Source of the DNA: Microcoleus sp.
Lineage (GTDB): Bacteria > Cyanobacteriota > Cyanobacteriia > Cyanobacteriales > Microcoleaceae
Length of the DNA stretch: 64,000 nt
Reading direction: 5' to 3'
Assembly (NCBI GenBank): GCA_052279835.1
Contig: CP181291.1
Location: forward strand, 5,408,001 to 5,472,000
How positions within the stretch are numbered: the first letter of the stretch is position 1; each line of letters starts with the position of its first letter. Below are positions 20,236-31,776 of the stretch, in pieces. The notes beneath the pieces were generated by a model. That model was not told the DNA's origin. It saw only the letters and a program-made list of their open reading frames with translations, and searched no databases. Position numbers and translations under genes: made by a program.

Positions 20236-21495
20236 CTAAAATTGATTGATTTGTCCTGCAACAACGGTCAGAATTTGAGTTTGTTGCAGCCATTGAGAGT
20301 CAAAAGCGCCTAAATGGGTAGTAGTAATTAGAGTTTGAAATCGTTCTTGAATGGTTTCTAAAAGTTGATTTTGGCGGTTGAGATCGAGTTCTGCAAGTAC
20401 GTCGTCTAGCAACAGCAAAGGTGGTTCGCCAACGACTTCTTCAATAAGCTGCAATTCGGCTAGTTTTAAGGCTAATACCAGAGTTCGTTGCTGACCTTGA
20501 GAGCCGTATTGACGAGCAGGTGTATTGTTAATGGTAAATGTAATATCATCACGGTGGGGACCGACTAAAGTAGTACCTTGAAATTTTTCGGCGATCGCCC
20601 TTTGTTGAATTTTATCTAAAAATGCTTGCCGCACTCCTTCTAGATTGTCTTTAGCGATGAATTCTTGCCCTACTTCAATATTAGCAGCATATTTCATATC
20701 CAAAACTTCTGTAGAACCGCTAATGGAAGAGTGCCAATTGCGAGCTAAAGGTATCAATCGATCTAAAATGCGATCGCGCCTCCGGATCACACGAGCACCC
20801 GCCGTTGCTAATTGTGCATCCCACAAAGCTAATTCTGTATTGGGAATGGGGGATTGGGCAACCCCCCCCTCACCCCCCCCAAGGGGGGAAAAAATTGGGA
20901 ATTCTTCTCTATTTGGTGAGAAGGGAGTTTCGTTTCCCATAAATTGCATTTTGTCAATAGTTTCGGAAACATCGATTTTTCTAATTTCCTTAGAGCTTTT
21001 TAATAGAGCGTTGCGTTGGCGCAAAATTTGGTTATATTGCTGCAAAATATGAGCGTAAATTGGTTCTAATTGGATTACCAGGCGATCGATCCAATGGCGT
21101 CTTACTTCTGGGCCACCGCGCACTAAGTCCAAATCTAAACAAGAAAATTGTACGACATTTAAGATGCTCAAAAAGTCTAAATGACGGCGCAGTGGTTCGC
21201 CGTTGATTTTGCATATACGGCGCGCCTGAGAGCGCATAGTTAAAGCTAATTCTATGGGGCCAGTTTGACGCTCCAGGGTGGCATCTATTTGCCCCATGGG
21301 TTTGGAGTCGAGGATTAAATCGCGATCGCGCGTCGCCCTATGACTTTTTAATGTCGAAAGCAATTCTACTGCTTCTAATAAATTCGATTTTCCCTGAGCG
21401 TTATTGCCGACTAAAATAGTTTTGGGGGCATCAAATACTACTTTTTGGTCTGGGTAATTGCGAAATTGTCGGAGGTGAATATTTTTGAGATACAT
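20236..21495 (-). CDS. recF: DNA replication/repair protein RecF
   Basis: FRNY, GNNAQGKSNLLEA, GPHRDD, GSQGQQR and LLLDDVLAELD motifs. Confidence 0.96.
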   Translation of the reverse strand: MYLKNIHLRQFRNYPDQKVVFDAPKTILVGNNAQGKSNLLEAVELLSTLKSHRATRDRDLILDSKPMGQIDATLERQTGPIELALTMRSQARRICKINGEPLRRHLDFLSILNVVQFSCLDLDLVRGGPEVRRHWIDRLVIQLEPIYAHILQQYNQILRQRNALLKSSKEIRKIDVSETIDKMQFMGNETPFSPNREEFPIFSPLGGGEGGVAQSPIPNTELALWDAQLATAGARVIRRRDRILDRLIPLARNWHSSISGSTEVLDMKYAANIEVGQEFIAKDNLEGVRQAFLDKIQQRAIAEKFQGTTLVGPHRDDITFTINNTPARQYGSQGQQRTLVLALKLAELQLIEEVVGEPPLLLLDDVLAELDLNRQNQLLETIQERFQTLITTTHLGAFDSQWLQQTQILTVVAGQINQF

Positions 21496-21711
21496 GATAA
21501 TATAGCGTTTTTAAGTATGATCGGGTAATGGGTAATTGGTAATTAGTAATGCCCGATGCCCTGGGGGGTCAGGGGGGGTTCCCCATTACCTATTACACGC
21601 TCACCTCACCTAACTGATAAAGGCTATATATCAATTCTGATTAGATCGGAATTATTTAACCACAGAGAGCGCAGAGGACGCAGAGGAAGAGGAGCGAGAA
21701 GATATTGATGA

Positions 21712-24535
21712 TTATTTGCTGGGTTTGTAGTATCGGATAAATAGTTTTTCCATTTCAATCCAGACAAACATTAGGGCGCTGAAACCGAAGCAAATCATTA
21801 GTTCAAATAAGCTCAAGTAGTGAGTGCCAAAAAATGCTCGGAGTGGCGCAATGTAAATCAGCATCAATTGTAGAAAAGTTGTAACTATCACCGCAGCCCA
21901 TACAAAAATGTTGGTGAAGGGATTTAACTCGATAGTTAGCTGAGTGTTGGAGCGACAGGCGATCGCGTGACCCATTTGTGCTAGACAGAGAGTGGTGAAT
22001 ACCATCGTTTTCCAAGCTTCTCGATCGCCCTGATAATTGGGCGCATGAGTGTATCCGTAAGCCCAGGACATCATGGTTATGGTCAAAATTGCAAAAATAA
22101 TGCCGATCCGAATCATGTAAGAACCCAAACCCCGCGCAAAAATACTTTCTCGCGGACTAAAAGGAGGCTTATTCATCACATTCGGTTCTGCTGGTTCTAC
22201 CGCCAAAGCTAACGCCGGAACTCCGTCAGTAACTAAGTTCATCCACAAAATTTGTAGGGGGGTCAGCGGTACTCCTCCTAAACCCATTAAAGGGGCGGCG
22301 GCGATGGTCAAAACTTCGCCAATATTACTGCCCAAAATGTATTTAATAAAACGGCGAATATTAGTATAAACTACTCGTCCTTCTTCAGCGGCGGCGACTA
22401 TAGTGGCAAAGTTGTCATCTAGCAGCACCATATCGCTAGCTTCTTTGCTGACATCGGTGCCGGTAATGCCCATGGCGATGCCGATATCGGCTTGTTTTAA
22501 AGCAGGTGCATCGTTAACGCCGTCACCTGTCATTGCTACAAATTTGCCCCAACTTTGCAAGGCTTGGACTATTCGTAATTTGTGCTCTGGGGAGACGCGG
22601 GCGTAAACGCTAACGTTTTCTACTTGCTGTTTGAGTTTCTTCTTGGCTGAGTTTTTCTAATTCTTGACCGGTGAGGACTCGATCGCCTACACTGGCAATT
22701 CCCAAATCCACCGCGATCGCTTTTGCAGTCAGTTGGTGATCCCCGGTAATCATCACTACGCGAATCCCTGCATCCCGACATTTCACCACAGCTTCCCGTA
22801 CTTCCGGGCGCGGTGCATCTAGCATACTCACCAACCCCAACCAAATCATGTCTTGTTCGCTGGTTTCCTCAGAACCTGATGGTGGTAAGTTTTCCCAGAG
22901 TTTGTAAGCAAAGCCGAGGACTCGCAAACCGCTACTTGCCATATCGTTGTTTTCGGCAAGGATGCGATCGCGCATTTCCTGTGTTATGGGTTGAATTCGA
23001 TCGCCCACAATCATGCCCTGACAGCGCTCCAAAGTCAACTCTGGAGAACCTTTGGTCAACATTAAATAATTGGGTTCTTCTCCTTCGGGTTTGGGAAATC
23101 CGCAATTGTGCGATCGCCCTGGTAGTTGGCAAATTACGCTCATCCGCTTGCGTTCGGAAGAAAACGGAAATTCTGCCGTCCGTGGCAGTAATTGAGACTG
23201 TATATCCTTATATATGCCTGCTTTGGCCGCAAAAGATAGCAGGGCTCCCTCGGTAGGATCTCCCAAAATTGTCCATTCTTGCTGTTGGTGCTGCAAAAAT
23301 GCGTCGTTGCAAACTGCACAAGCTATTAATAAGGCTTCTAGTTCTGGATATGCTTCTAAGTTATCAATTTGGGCCGATTTTTGGCGATCGGTAAAAATGC
23401 CGATCGGGTTATAACCAGATCCGTCGATGCCGACATCAGAATTGCCTGTGTGTACTCGCTGAACTACCATTTTATTTTGGGTCAGGGTACCGGTTTTGTC
23501 TGAACAAATAGTAGTTACTGAACCCAAGGTTTCTACGGCTGGTAGTTTGCGAATCAGGGCCTGCCGCTTCACCATCCGCTTGGTTCCCAGGGCTAAAGTG
23601 ACGGTGACAACTGCTGCGAGTCCTTCGGGGACAACGGCTACAGCCATACTCAGAGATACTTCTAAGAGTTCTTCAAATTTGCTGGTATCGAAGCCAAGGC
23701 TGCCATTTTGGAAGGTAATCATGCCGCCGATGACGACAATCAGGACTAAAATCATCGCACCGGAGACTAGAACATTCGCCAACTGGCTCATCCGCTGTTG
23801 CAGGGGAGTTGGTTCGGTTTCTACGGAGGCAAGCATGGTGGCGATTTTGCCTAGTTCTGTTTGCATTCCGGTGTTGGTGACGATCGCCTTGGCGCGTCCT
23901 TGTACAACTTCGGTGCCCTGAAAAATCAAGTTCAGGCGATCGCCCAAGGAAGCATTTTCTGCAAGTTCCATATCTGCTTCTTTGGTGACTGCTAAGGCTT
24001 CTCCTGTTAATGCAGATTCTCTGACTTGCAGGTTGGATGCTTCGATTAATCGCGCATCTGCGGCTATTTTCACTCCGGCTTCCAGAAGCATGATGTCTCC
24101 TGGTACGACATCTTTAGCTGTTATTTCTGAAGTTGTGCCGTCTCGCACCACTCTGACGAGGGGGGATGAAAGGTTTTTGAGGGCTGCGAGGGCTTTTTCG
24201 GCTCTGCTTTCTTGAAGATAGCCGAGAATGCCGTTGAGGATGACGATCGCAAAAATGGCGATCGCATCTTTGGGAAAATTGTTGGATTTGATATCCAAGA
24301 AACCGGAAATTATGGCTACCGCCATCAGCATCAACAACATGATGTTGGTGAATTGATCGACAAAAATCGACCAAGGGCTGCGGCCTCCTGTTTCTTCTAG
24401 TTCGTTGTGGCCGTATTGCTGTAGGCGTTCTGATACCTGTTGAGCCCTTAAGCCAGTGTCTTTGTTGCTGCTGAGCTGTTTCAGGGTTGTGTCGATTGCT
24501 ACGGTGTGCCAAGAAGACGGAGGATTTGAAGACAT
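21712..24535 (-). CDS. Cation (Ca2+-type, P2A) P-type ATPase, split by an apparent +1 frameshift near 22636
   Basis: TGE, VPEGL, DKTGTLT, KGSPE, TGDH and TGDGVND; removing one A restores [24 protein letters not shown]. Confidence 0.9.
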
Positions 24536-25554
24536 AAATTACCATCGAGCATGGGACATAAAGGTGGCTGTGACCCTACAGCTACAGCCAGTGGAGGGGG
24601 CGATCGGGCATGGGGAAGAGTTAAGAGGAAGGAGGAAGCTAGAAGCCTTTCTGTGGCTCTGTCTGTATAGCTGGTAAAAGTCCTACCGCTGATAGCACTA
24701 ATCCACCTTACCAAACTTACCAAAAATCAGGAATTTCCGTCGGCAAACAAACTCTATTCCAAGATGGGGGATAGGGAGAGGAGAAGAGTGTCCTAGTAAG
24801 GTTTAATCATTCCGATACAACCGGAATTGAGATCGTCCGTTAGGGGTTGATGAACAGTTGGGACTTGAAACCATCGCCATCTGAGGAACACATCCCGGAA
24901 TCTGAGCTACAACCGGATCGGGTACAAGGCGATCGAGCGATCTTCATTTGAGGGATTTCCTTCCAGCAGATCGTTTCGCTACCGCTAACTGGCGATCGCG
25001 TTGAAGGTTTCGCTTTTTTTTGCTTCCCCAACCTTCTTTTCGCAAAACTTTAATTATTTTAACTTTTTTTAACAATATGTCTAAACCCCAGACATCAGGA
25101 AGGTGGGCTCCTCCGAAGGCCTTGGGGATTTGGCAAAACATACCAGAAAATTCTGGGCATCGGAGGCGATCGCAAGGCTCTAACCATTACCACATTAGCC
25201 TCCCAGTCTCACCCTCTGTTAACAGATAAATTCCTGTAATAATTTGTAATAAACAAACACTCGTGAGCATTGTATAAAGAGTAGGAGAGGGTTGAAGGGG
25301 CAGGCTAAAGTTAACAAAAACACTGTTTAACAAGGTTTGTCGCATCTCATAAAAGATGTAAAATATTCTAAGGTTTCTTAAACGTCCGTTGCAATGTAAC
25401 AATGGTACAGGTAGCGGAAAGGGAGAGATCGAGCCGCTCAGCTAATTAGCTGGTGTCAACCCTCAACCCTTACAGGCGATCGGCCTGAACAAATTTAACT
25501 TAACGGTTTTATACCGCAACCAAACTCAATTAACCCAAGTAGGAGAGTTCTTTC

Positions 25555-26073
25555 ATGTTAGACGCATTTACAAAAGTAGTTTCCCAAGCTGACGCTCGTG
25601 GCGAATTCTTGGCCGCAGGTCAACTAGATGCCCTCAGCAGCATGGTTGCAGACAGCAACAAGCGCATTGATGCAGTTAACCGCATCACCAGCAACGCTTC
25701 CACAATCGTTGCCAATGCAGCTCGCTCTTTGTTTGCTGAGCAACCTCAATTGATCGCCCCTGGCGGCAACGCTTACACCAGCCGTCGCATGGCAGCTTGC
25801 TTGCGCGACATGGAAATCATCTTGCGCTATGTCACCTATGCAACTTTCGCAGGTGATGCCAGCGTTCTTGATGATCGTTGCTTGAACGGCTTGCGCGAAA
25901 CCTACCTGGCATTGGGCACTCCTGGTGCTTCAGTAGCAGCAGGCGTCCAAAAAATGAAGGAAGCCGCGATCGCGATTGCTAACGACCCCAACGGTGTTAC
26001 TCGTGGCGATTGCAGCTCGCTGATGTCCGAAATCGGTGGCTACTTCGACCGTGCAGCTAGTGCAGTCGGCTAA
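25555..26073 (+). CDS. cpcB: Phycocyanin beta subunit
   Basis: [13 protein letters not shown]...[16 protein letters not shown]...RGDCSSL. Confidence 0.98.
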   Translation: MLDAFTKVVSQADARGEFLAAGQLDALSSMVADSNKRIDAVNRITSNASTIVANAARSLFAEQPQLIAPGGNAYTSRRMAACLRDMEIILRYVTYATFAGDASVLDDRCLNGLRETYLALGTPGASVAAGVQKMKEAAIAIANDPNGVTRGDCSSLMSEIGGYFDRAASAVG

Positions 26074-26179
26074 AAATAGCTCAGCGACGATTAATTGAGT
26101 GTAAAAAAAGCGATCCATCGCATTTTTACAATTATTCTGTGCCAAACCAACACAACATTATTAGAGAGAAAACAAGACA

Positions 26180-26668
26180 ATGAAAACCCCGTTGACCGAA
26201 GCAGTAACAGCAGCCGATTCTCAAGGCCGTTTCCTCAGCAGCACCGAACTTCAAGTCGCCTTCGGCCGCTTCCGCCAAGCTGCTGCTGGCTTAGAAGCAG
26301 CAAAAGCTCTGACAGCTAACTCTCAGCGCTTGATCGACGGTGCAGCCCAAGCAGTGTACAACAAATTCCCGTACACCCAACAAATGCAAGGCCCTAACTA
26401 TGCTTCTACCGCAACAGGTAAAGCAAAGTGCGCTCGCGACATCGGCTACTACCTGCGTATGGTCACCTACTGCTTGGTTGCAGGCGGCACAGGCCCAATG
26501 GATGAGTACCTGATTGCAGGTATCGATGAAATCAACCGGACTTTTGAATTGTCCCCTAGCTGGTACGTTGAAGCTCTCAAGTACATCAAAGCCAACCACG
26601 GTTTGAGTGGCGATGCTGCTACTGAAGCTACCTCCTACCTAGACTACGCAATCAACGCCCTGAGCTAG
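26180..26668 (+). CDS. cpcA: Phycocyanin alpha subunit
   Basis: [19 protein letters not shown]...[14 protein letters not shown]. Confidence 0.98.
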   Translation: MKTPLTEAVTAADSQGRFLSSTELQVAFGRFRQAAAGLEAAKALTANSQRLIDGAAQAVYNKFPYTQQMQGPNYASTATGKAKCARDIGYYLRMVTYCLVAGGTGPMDEYLIAGIDEINRTFELSPSWYVEALKYIKANHGLSGDAATEATSYLDYAINALS

Positions 26669-26676
26669 ATTTGCGT

Positions 26677-26740
26677 GATGCCCGGAAATGTAAGCTGCTG
26701 TTAGCTTGAGTGTTAGCGGTTGTTTACAATTCCGGGCATC
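26677..26740 (+). terminator. Long stem-loop after cpcA (attenuator or mRNA-stabilising hairpin)
   Basis: GATGCCCGGAAATGTAA...TTACAATTCCGGGCATC inverted repeat between cpcA and cpcC. Confidence 0.7.
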
Positions 26741-27056
26741 TCCATTGGAGGGTAAGTTTTCCAAACAATTTTAAAAAGTTTTCAGTTTTTAAAGTAAAAA
26801 CGGAGAAGTAAAAATGTCTGGATTGAGTGCTACATAACTCTGTTTCGGGTGGTTCGAGCGCTCAAATCTTTCGTAGTCGGAAAAAGTCGCATTAAAGTAA
26901 GTTGAAGGGATGATTACAGAAACCAGACAATTAAAGATTGTGCGGTGGATTTTATAAAATCAACTTACTACAAAATAACTGTTTTTGCCTAAGTCGCAAA
27001 ACACTCAAGTACCACAAAGCTTTCAATTCACACTCATACATTTAGGAGAAATTCTG

Positions 27057-27926
27057 GTGGCTATTACAACAGCAGCGTCCAGACTGGGGACATCAGCATT
27101 GAGCGATGCGCCGAAGGTAGAATTGCGTCCGAATTACACAAAAGATGACGTAGAAATGGTAATTCGCGCTACTTACCGCCAGTTGTTAGGCAACGATTAT
27201 TTGATGAAATCCGAGCGCTTGAAAAGTGCTGAATCTTTGCTGCAAGACGGCAGTTTAACAGTACGAGAATTTGTGCGCACAGTAGCTAAGTCAGAACTGT
27301 ACAAAACCAAGTTTTTCTACAGCAGCTTCCAAACTCGGACGATCGAACTAAACTACAAACACCTGCTCGGTCGCGCTATTTATGACGAATCTGAAGTAGT
27401 TTATCACTTAGATTTGTACGAAAACAAAGGATACGATGCTGATATTGATTCCTACATTGATTCCGTAGAATATCAAGAAAGCTTTGGCGAAAGTATCGTC
27501 CCTTACTACCGTGGTTTTGATAATCAGCGGGGACAAAAAACCGTTGGTTTTACCCGGATGTTCCGCTTGTATCGGGGCTACGCAAATAGCGATACAGCTC
27601 AACTAGAAGGCAATAACTCTCGCCTAGCCGTGGAAGTTGGTAGCAACACTGCTACCGCAGTAGTTGGCCCCTCCGGTGGCAGCGAAGGTTGGGCTTATCG
27701 CCCTTCGGCACAAAACGTAACTCCCAGCAGCGGTTTCGGCGGCGCGGCAGCTTACGGCAAAGAAGGACGACTTTTCCGGGTGGAAGTTTCCGGCATTCGC
27801 ACGGGCGGATATCCTAACGTGCGTCGCAGCAGCAAAGCGTTTATCGTACCTGTTGATGATTTGTCCTCGCAAATGCAGAAATTTCAGCGTTTGGGCGGGA
27901 AAATCGCCAGCATTACTCCAATTTAG
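27057..27926 (+). CDS. cpcC: Phycocyanin rod linker polypeptide
   Basis: GTG start after [18 protein letters not shown] linker domain, C-terminal CpcD-like GGKIASI. Confidence 0.95.
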   Translation: MAITTAASRLGTSALSDAPKVELRPNYTKDDVEMVIRATYRQLLGNDYLMKSERLKSAESLLQDGSLTVREFVRTVAKSELYKTKFFYSSFQTRTIELNYKHLLGRAIYDESEVVYHLDLYENKGYDADIDSYIDSVEYQESFGESIVPYYRGFDNQRGQKTVGFTRMFRLYRGYANSDTAQLEGNNSRLAVEVGSNTATAVVGPSGGSEGWAYRPSAQNVTPSSGFGGAAAYGKEGRLFRVEVSGIRTGGYPNVRRSSKAFIVPVDDLSSQMQKFQRLGGKIASITPI

Positions 27927-28013
27927 TCATTAGTCATGGGTTATTAGTTATTGGTAACTTAACAATAACCAATAACAATGCCCGATTCCCCCTTAGCAAT
28001 TACCAATTAGCTT

Positions 28014-28262
28014 ATGTTTGGTCAAATTGTAGCAGGAACAAGTGGCAATACAGCTTCCGCTGGTCGCTGCTTTCGGTATGAAGTTGTCGGCTTGCGCCAA
28101 AGCGATGGCACAGAAAATATGGATTATGCGATTCGATCGAGCGCCAGTACATTTATCACTGTGCCTTACAGCCGGATGAATCAAGAAATGCAGCGCATTA
28201 CTCGCATGGGCGGCAAAATTGTGAATATTCAGGCTTTGAGTGCCAGCCCAGAATCAGAATAG
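28014..28262 (+). CDS. cpcD: Rod-capping linker
   Basis: MFGQ...FRYEVVGL...VPYSRMNQEMQRITRMGGKIV. Confidence 0.96.
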   Translation: MFGQIVAGTSGNTASAGRCFRYEVVGLRQSDGTENMDYAIRSSASTFITVPYSRMNQEMQRITRMGGKIVNIQALSASPESE

Positions 28263-28330
28263 TCATTAGTCAGCAGTCGTTAGTATTTTAATCTAGTCTT
28301 GCTTAGTCAGATTTGTTGCTAGGAATTAAT

Positions 28331-28390
28331 AACTAATGACTAATGACTAATGACTAAGAACTAATGACTAATGACTAATGACTAAGAACT
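28331..28390. repeat. STRR heptamer tandem (ACTAATG)n
   Basis: About 8 copies directly upstream of cpcE. Confidence 0.9.
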
Positions 28391-29224
28391 ATGGATTATT
28401 ATGAATCAGACTCACCGCCGGCCGATGTAGCTAGCGGCGAGTCTTTAACGTTAGAACAGGCGATCGCCAACCTCCGCTCCCAAGATTACAGCCTCCGCTA
28501 TTACGCCGCATGGTGGGTGGGCAGATTTCGAGTTAAAGAACCGACAGTCATTGCAGCTCTGATTGCTGCTTTGCAAGAAGAATCGGAACAAACAAAAATT
28601 GGCGATTATTCTCTGTTGCGAAATGCAGCGCGAGCTCTGGGAAAATTGGGTGACAAACAAGCATTGCCAGCACTAATTCAGTGCTTGGAATGTGAGGATT
28701 ATTACGTGCGGGAAGCGGCGGCTCAAGCTCTAGAAATGCTGGGCGATCGGGATGCGATCGGGGCACTGATGAAACTATTAGATGGGGGAGTCGCAGCGGC
28801 CGTGCGCGTGCCGGGAAAATCCCACTTAGTGCAACCTTATGACTCAGTAATTGAAGCTTTGGGAACCCTGCAAGCGGAGGAAGCGTTACCAGTAATTCAA
28901 CCTTTTTTAGAACATTCTGTCGAGCGGGTGCAGTACGCCGCCGCGCGGGCGATGTATCAGTTAACTGGGGAATCAGTTTACGGAGAACTGTTGGTGACTG
29001 CTTTGAATGGGGATAATTTGCAGTTGAGACGATCGGCTTTAATGGACTTAGGCGCGATCGGCTATTTGCCCGGAGCTCAAGCTATCTCTGAAACTTTAGC
29101 CGAAAATAGCATGAAATTGATTGCTCTCAAAGGAGTTTTGGAGCATCATCTCCAACAACAAGCATCACTATCTTTGTCAGATGAAGCTATCCGCGTGATG
29201 AATTTAATGGATAGTTTACTGTGA
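28391..29224 (+). CDS. cpcE: Phycocyanobilin lyase alpha subunit
   Basis: RYYAAWW.GRF motif, HEAT repeats, operon position. Confidence 0.95.
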   Translation: MDYYESDSPPADVASGESLTLEQAIANLRSQDYSLRYYAAWWVGRFRVKEPTVIAALIAALQEESEQTKIGDYSLLRNAARALGKLGDKQALPALIQCLECEDYYVREAAAQALEMLGDRDAIGALMKLLDGGVAAAVRVPGKSHLVQPYDSVIEALGTLQAEEALPVIQPFLEHSVERVQYAAARAMYQLTGESVYGELLVTALNGDNLQLRRSALMDLGAIGYLPGAQAISETLAENSMKLIALKGVLEHHLQQQASLSLSDEAIRVMNLMDSLL

Positions 29225-29302
29225 AAAAATTCGTTCACAACTGAAATAGGATTGCTTTAGTGATTTTCAATTATCTATCGTATATTGAGGATACAGCACT
29301 GC

Positions 29303-29429
29303 TATAGCAATCCTAAATGATTAATGAAGATTTGTAGGGGTAGTGCCCCGTGCCTACCCCAGCAGCTAAGGGCAACCACGGGGGGATTGCCCCTACAAGA
29401 AACTATACAAATGATTTAGGATTGCTATA
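29303..29429. mobile_element. MITE with perfect 16-bp TA-bounded TIRs carrying GTAG-type REP hairpins
   Basis: TATAGCAATCCTAAAT...ATTTAGGATTGCTATA; interior GTAGGGGTAG...GGGCAACCACGGGGGGATTGCCCCTAC. Confidence 0.8.
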
Positions 29430-29726
29430 TGTCCCTACGGCATACCTGTACTTGATGGAGTTGAGAACTATTTTATCGGTTTGATCCGGGTGAATCTATG
29501 ACCGATTATTTGATGAATAAGAAACGATGGTTTAGGTACTAATTTTTATAAAATTCAGTGAAAACACTGAGGCTGGTGGCCGTTGTTGGTGAAAGCGAGC
29601 GTGTTAAAATAATATTATCATCTGGATTAGTTCTCAGTTAAAAAAGTTTGGGTTTTGACGGCGGGCGATCGCGGAATGCTGGGAGATGGTTGTGTAGCGG
29701 CTAGAAGTATAAATCGGGGATTCATC

Positions 29727-31658
29727 ATGAGCAACGATCCTTTTGAAGTCCATGTGCAACATTTTGCAGCGCTTAAGTCCAAGTATCAAGCAACAAAATA
29801 TGAAGATTCATCTCCTTCTAGTCTTCTGTATCTCATCCTGCGAAAAGCTGATTTAGAATTTGAGATTAGTAAATTTGAGCGGAATTGGTTACAAGAGCAT
29901 GATCTTTTGGAAACAATAAAAGCTATCGAGCAAGAGCCACTACATAAGGCTGAAGAACGAAGAAAACTAGATGCTAAATTTTCTAAACTCAAGTCTAAGT
30001 TCAGAGTAACCAGACCTCGCGATCGCGATTTATCGCTATCCAATCCTTTGTATCCTATCCTTTGGAAACTTGACTCAGAAAATAAGCTAACTGGGTTAGA
30101 AGTTAAATATCTTAAAGAACAGGGGCTTACTGAAATAGTTGCTATCGTTGAAGAAATGGCGCGATTTGCTGCACTAAAGACTAAGTACCAAGCAACTGAA
30201 TATCGAGATTGTTCGCTTGATAGCCCCTTGTATCAAATTCTCAAGAAACTCGATACACAACAAATATTAAGTGATGTAGAGGCTAACTGGCTGTTCAACA
30301 ACCAACTGGTTGATACTCTAGAAATTTTTTGGCAACAAAAAGCTGTACGGGAAGCTGAATTTGCCCAACTCAAGGATAAGTACAAAGCTAGTGAATACCC
30401 AGAAACATCTGTCTGTAGTCCACTCTATCAAATCCTGAAAAATCTGGATGCAGATATGCAGTTGAGTGAGCCAGAACTTAACTGGCTGGAAGAGCATCAA
30501 CTGAGCGAAACCCTTAGCATTGTTTTGGAGATTGAACAGACACGGCACTTTGCTGAACTGAAAGTTAAGTATAAAGCTAATCAATCTGAGGATTTATCAC
30601 GCTCTAGCCATCTGTATAAAGTTCTCAAAAAAATTGATTTAGACAATCCGCTAGGTGAGCCGGATATTAATTTTCTTAAAAAGCGTAAACTGACTGAGAC
30701 AATTACTCTGGCGCTTGACAAATATGCTGCTAGTCTCAAGTCCAAAATTCAATCGGGAGAGCCGTTTAGTGAGGCTGATTTTGATTGGGTGAAACAGAAT
30801 GGACGTGAGGATGTAATTACTTTTGCTATTGAAAACTATGTTGCTAGTCTGAAATCCCAAATCCAATCGGGAGAGCAGTTGAGTGAGGCTGATATTGATT
30901 GGCTGAAACAGAATGGACGTGAAGACGTAATTACTTTTGCACAAGAAAAGGAATTTGCTGCTCTTAAGGTCAAGTATCGGATTATAGATCGTGATTTCCC
31001 TTTCGATCCGTTTTACGAAATCATGGTCAAATTGGAGAAAAAAGAGCGTCTAGATCCTGTATTAGTTGTTCAGTTAATACAACAAAGACTTTTAGCTAGT
31101 CATGGAAGGATTGCTATGGCATACCACAGGCTGGAAGCGTGTTTTTACGAGCAGGAATATGAGCGCACTGGAAATAAATGGAACTTGCCCAACGCCAGCA
31201 GTCATTGGCGCAAGGCCGATGAACCGGAAAGTGCATTGAAGGTGACAGAAAATCTGGACTTCGACCAAATCAAAGAAAATAAGCTCAAGTCAGCTTTGCT
31301 AACAACGAGGGGCGGTGCTTTCCGAGATATTCATAAATTAGATGATGCACAAAATTGTGCGCTAAAAGCTATTGAGTATCAGCCTCAGAGTCATCATCCT
31401 TACACTTTGATGGGAGCTATTTGTTTTGAGCGGGGTCAATTTTCAGAGGGTGAACGTTGGTTTAACGAGGCAATTAAACGCGGTGCTGAATCAGAAGATA
31501 TAGATTCGGAACTCAAGCAGGTTGTCAAAAATGCTAAGGATGAGAAGCGTCGGGAAGTTGTGGAATATCTGCTGCAAAAAAATCCGCAGCGCTATGCTTG
31601 GGCTAAGTCTTATCGGAAGCGTCAAGGCGGTGAGGATGCACGGCGCAAGATATCCTAG
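29727..31658 (+). CDS. Repeat-rich protein with C-terminal TPR domain, function unknown
   Basis: About 6 copies of a ~60-aa FAxLKxKY...LYxILxKLD...WL..xxL.ET repeat, a recent 38-aa duplication, and C-terminal TPR-like helices (LLTTRGGAFRD, PYTLMGAI). Confidence 0.75.
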   Translation: MSNDPFEVHVQHFAALKSKYQATKYEDSSPSSLLYLILRKADLEFEISKFERNWLQEHDLLETIKAIEQEPLHKAEERRKLDAKFSKLKSKFRVTRPRDRDLSLSNPLYPILWKLDSENKLTGLEVKYLKEQGLTEIVAIVEEMARFAALKTKYQATEYRDCSLDSPLYQILKKLDTQQILSDVEANWLFNNQLVDTLEIFWQQKAVREAEFAQLKDKYKASEYPETSVCSPLYQILKNLDADMQLSEPELNWLEEHQLSETLSIVLEIEQTRHFAELKVKYKANQSEDLSRSSHLYKVLKKIDLDNPLGEPDINFLKKRKLTETITLALDKYAASLKSKIQSGEPFSEADFDWVKQNGREDVITFAIENYVASLKSQIQSGEQLSEADIDWLKQNGREDVITFAQEKEFAALKVKYRIIDRDFPFDPFYEIMVKLEKKERLDPVLVVQLIQQRLLASHGRIAMAYHRLEACFYEQEYERTGNKWNLPNASSHWRKADEPESALKVTENLDFDQIKENKLKSALLTTRGGAFRDIHKLDDAQNCALKAIEYQPQSHHPYTLMGAICFERGQFSEGERWFNEAIKRGAESEDIDSELKQVVKNAKDEKRREVVEYLLQKNPQRYAWAKSYRKRQGGEDARRKIS

Positions 31659-31776
31659 CGCAGGTATGGAGTGGAGTTTTTGAGGGATTCGAGTCTTTAA
31701 CCAAGACTGCAAAAGGTTCGATCGCGCGATCGAGCCAACCTACAATTACAATGGTCACGGTACATTTTATAAGTAA

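Noticed and set aside
20835..21000. Intein in RecF (or RecJ)
   Set aside because: Too short, and lacks the C/S start and HN end motifs.
24850..24951. 33-aa ORF (MNSWDLKPSP...) upstream of cpcB
   Set aside because: No recognisable motif and only a weak RBS; cannot be supported without conservation data.
25395..25410. NtcA site upstream of cpcB
   Set aside because: The spacing is GTA-N7-TAC, not N8.
29462..29637. Additional MITE bounded by TGAGAACTA/TAGTTCTCA
   Set aside because: Only a 9-bp inverted match, with no target duplication or second copy in the window.
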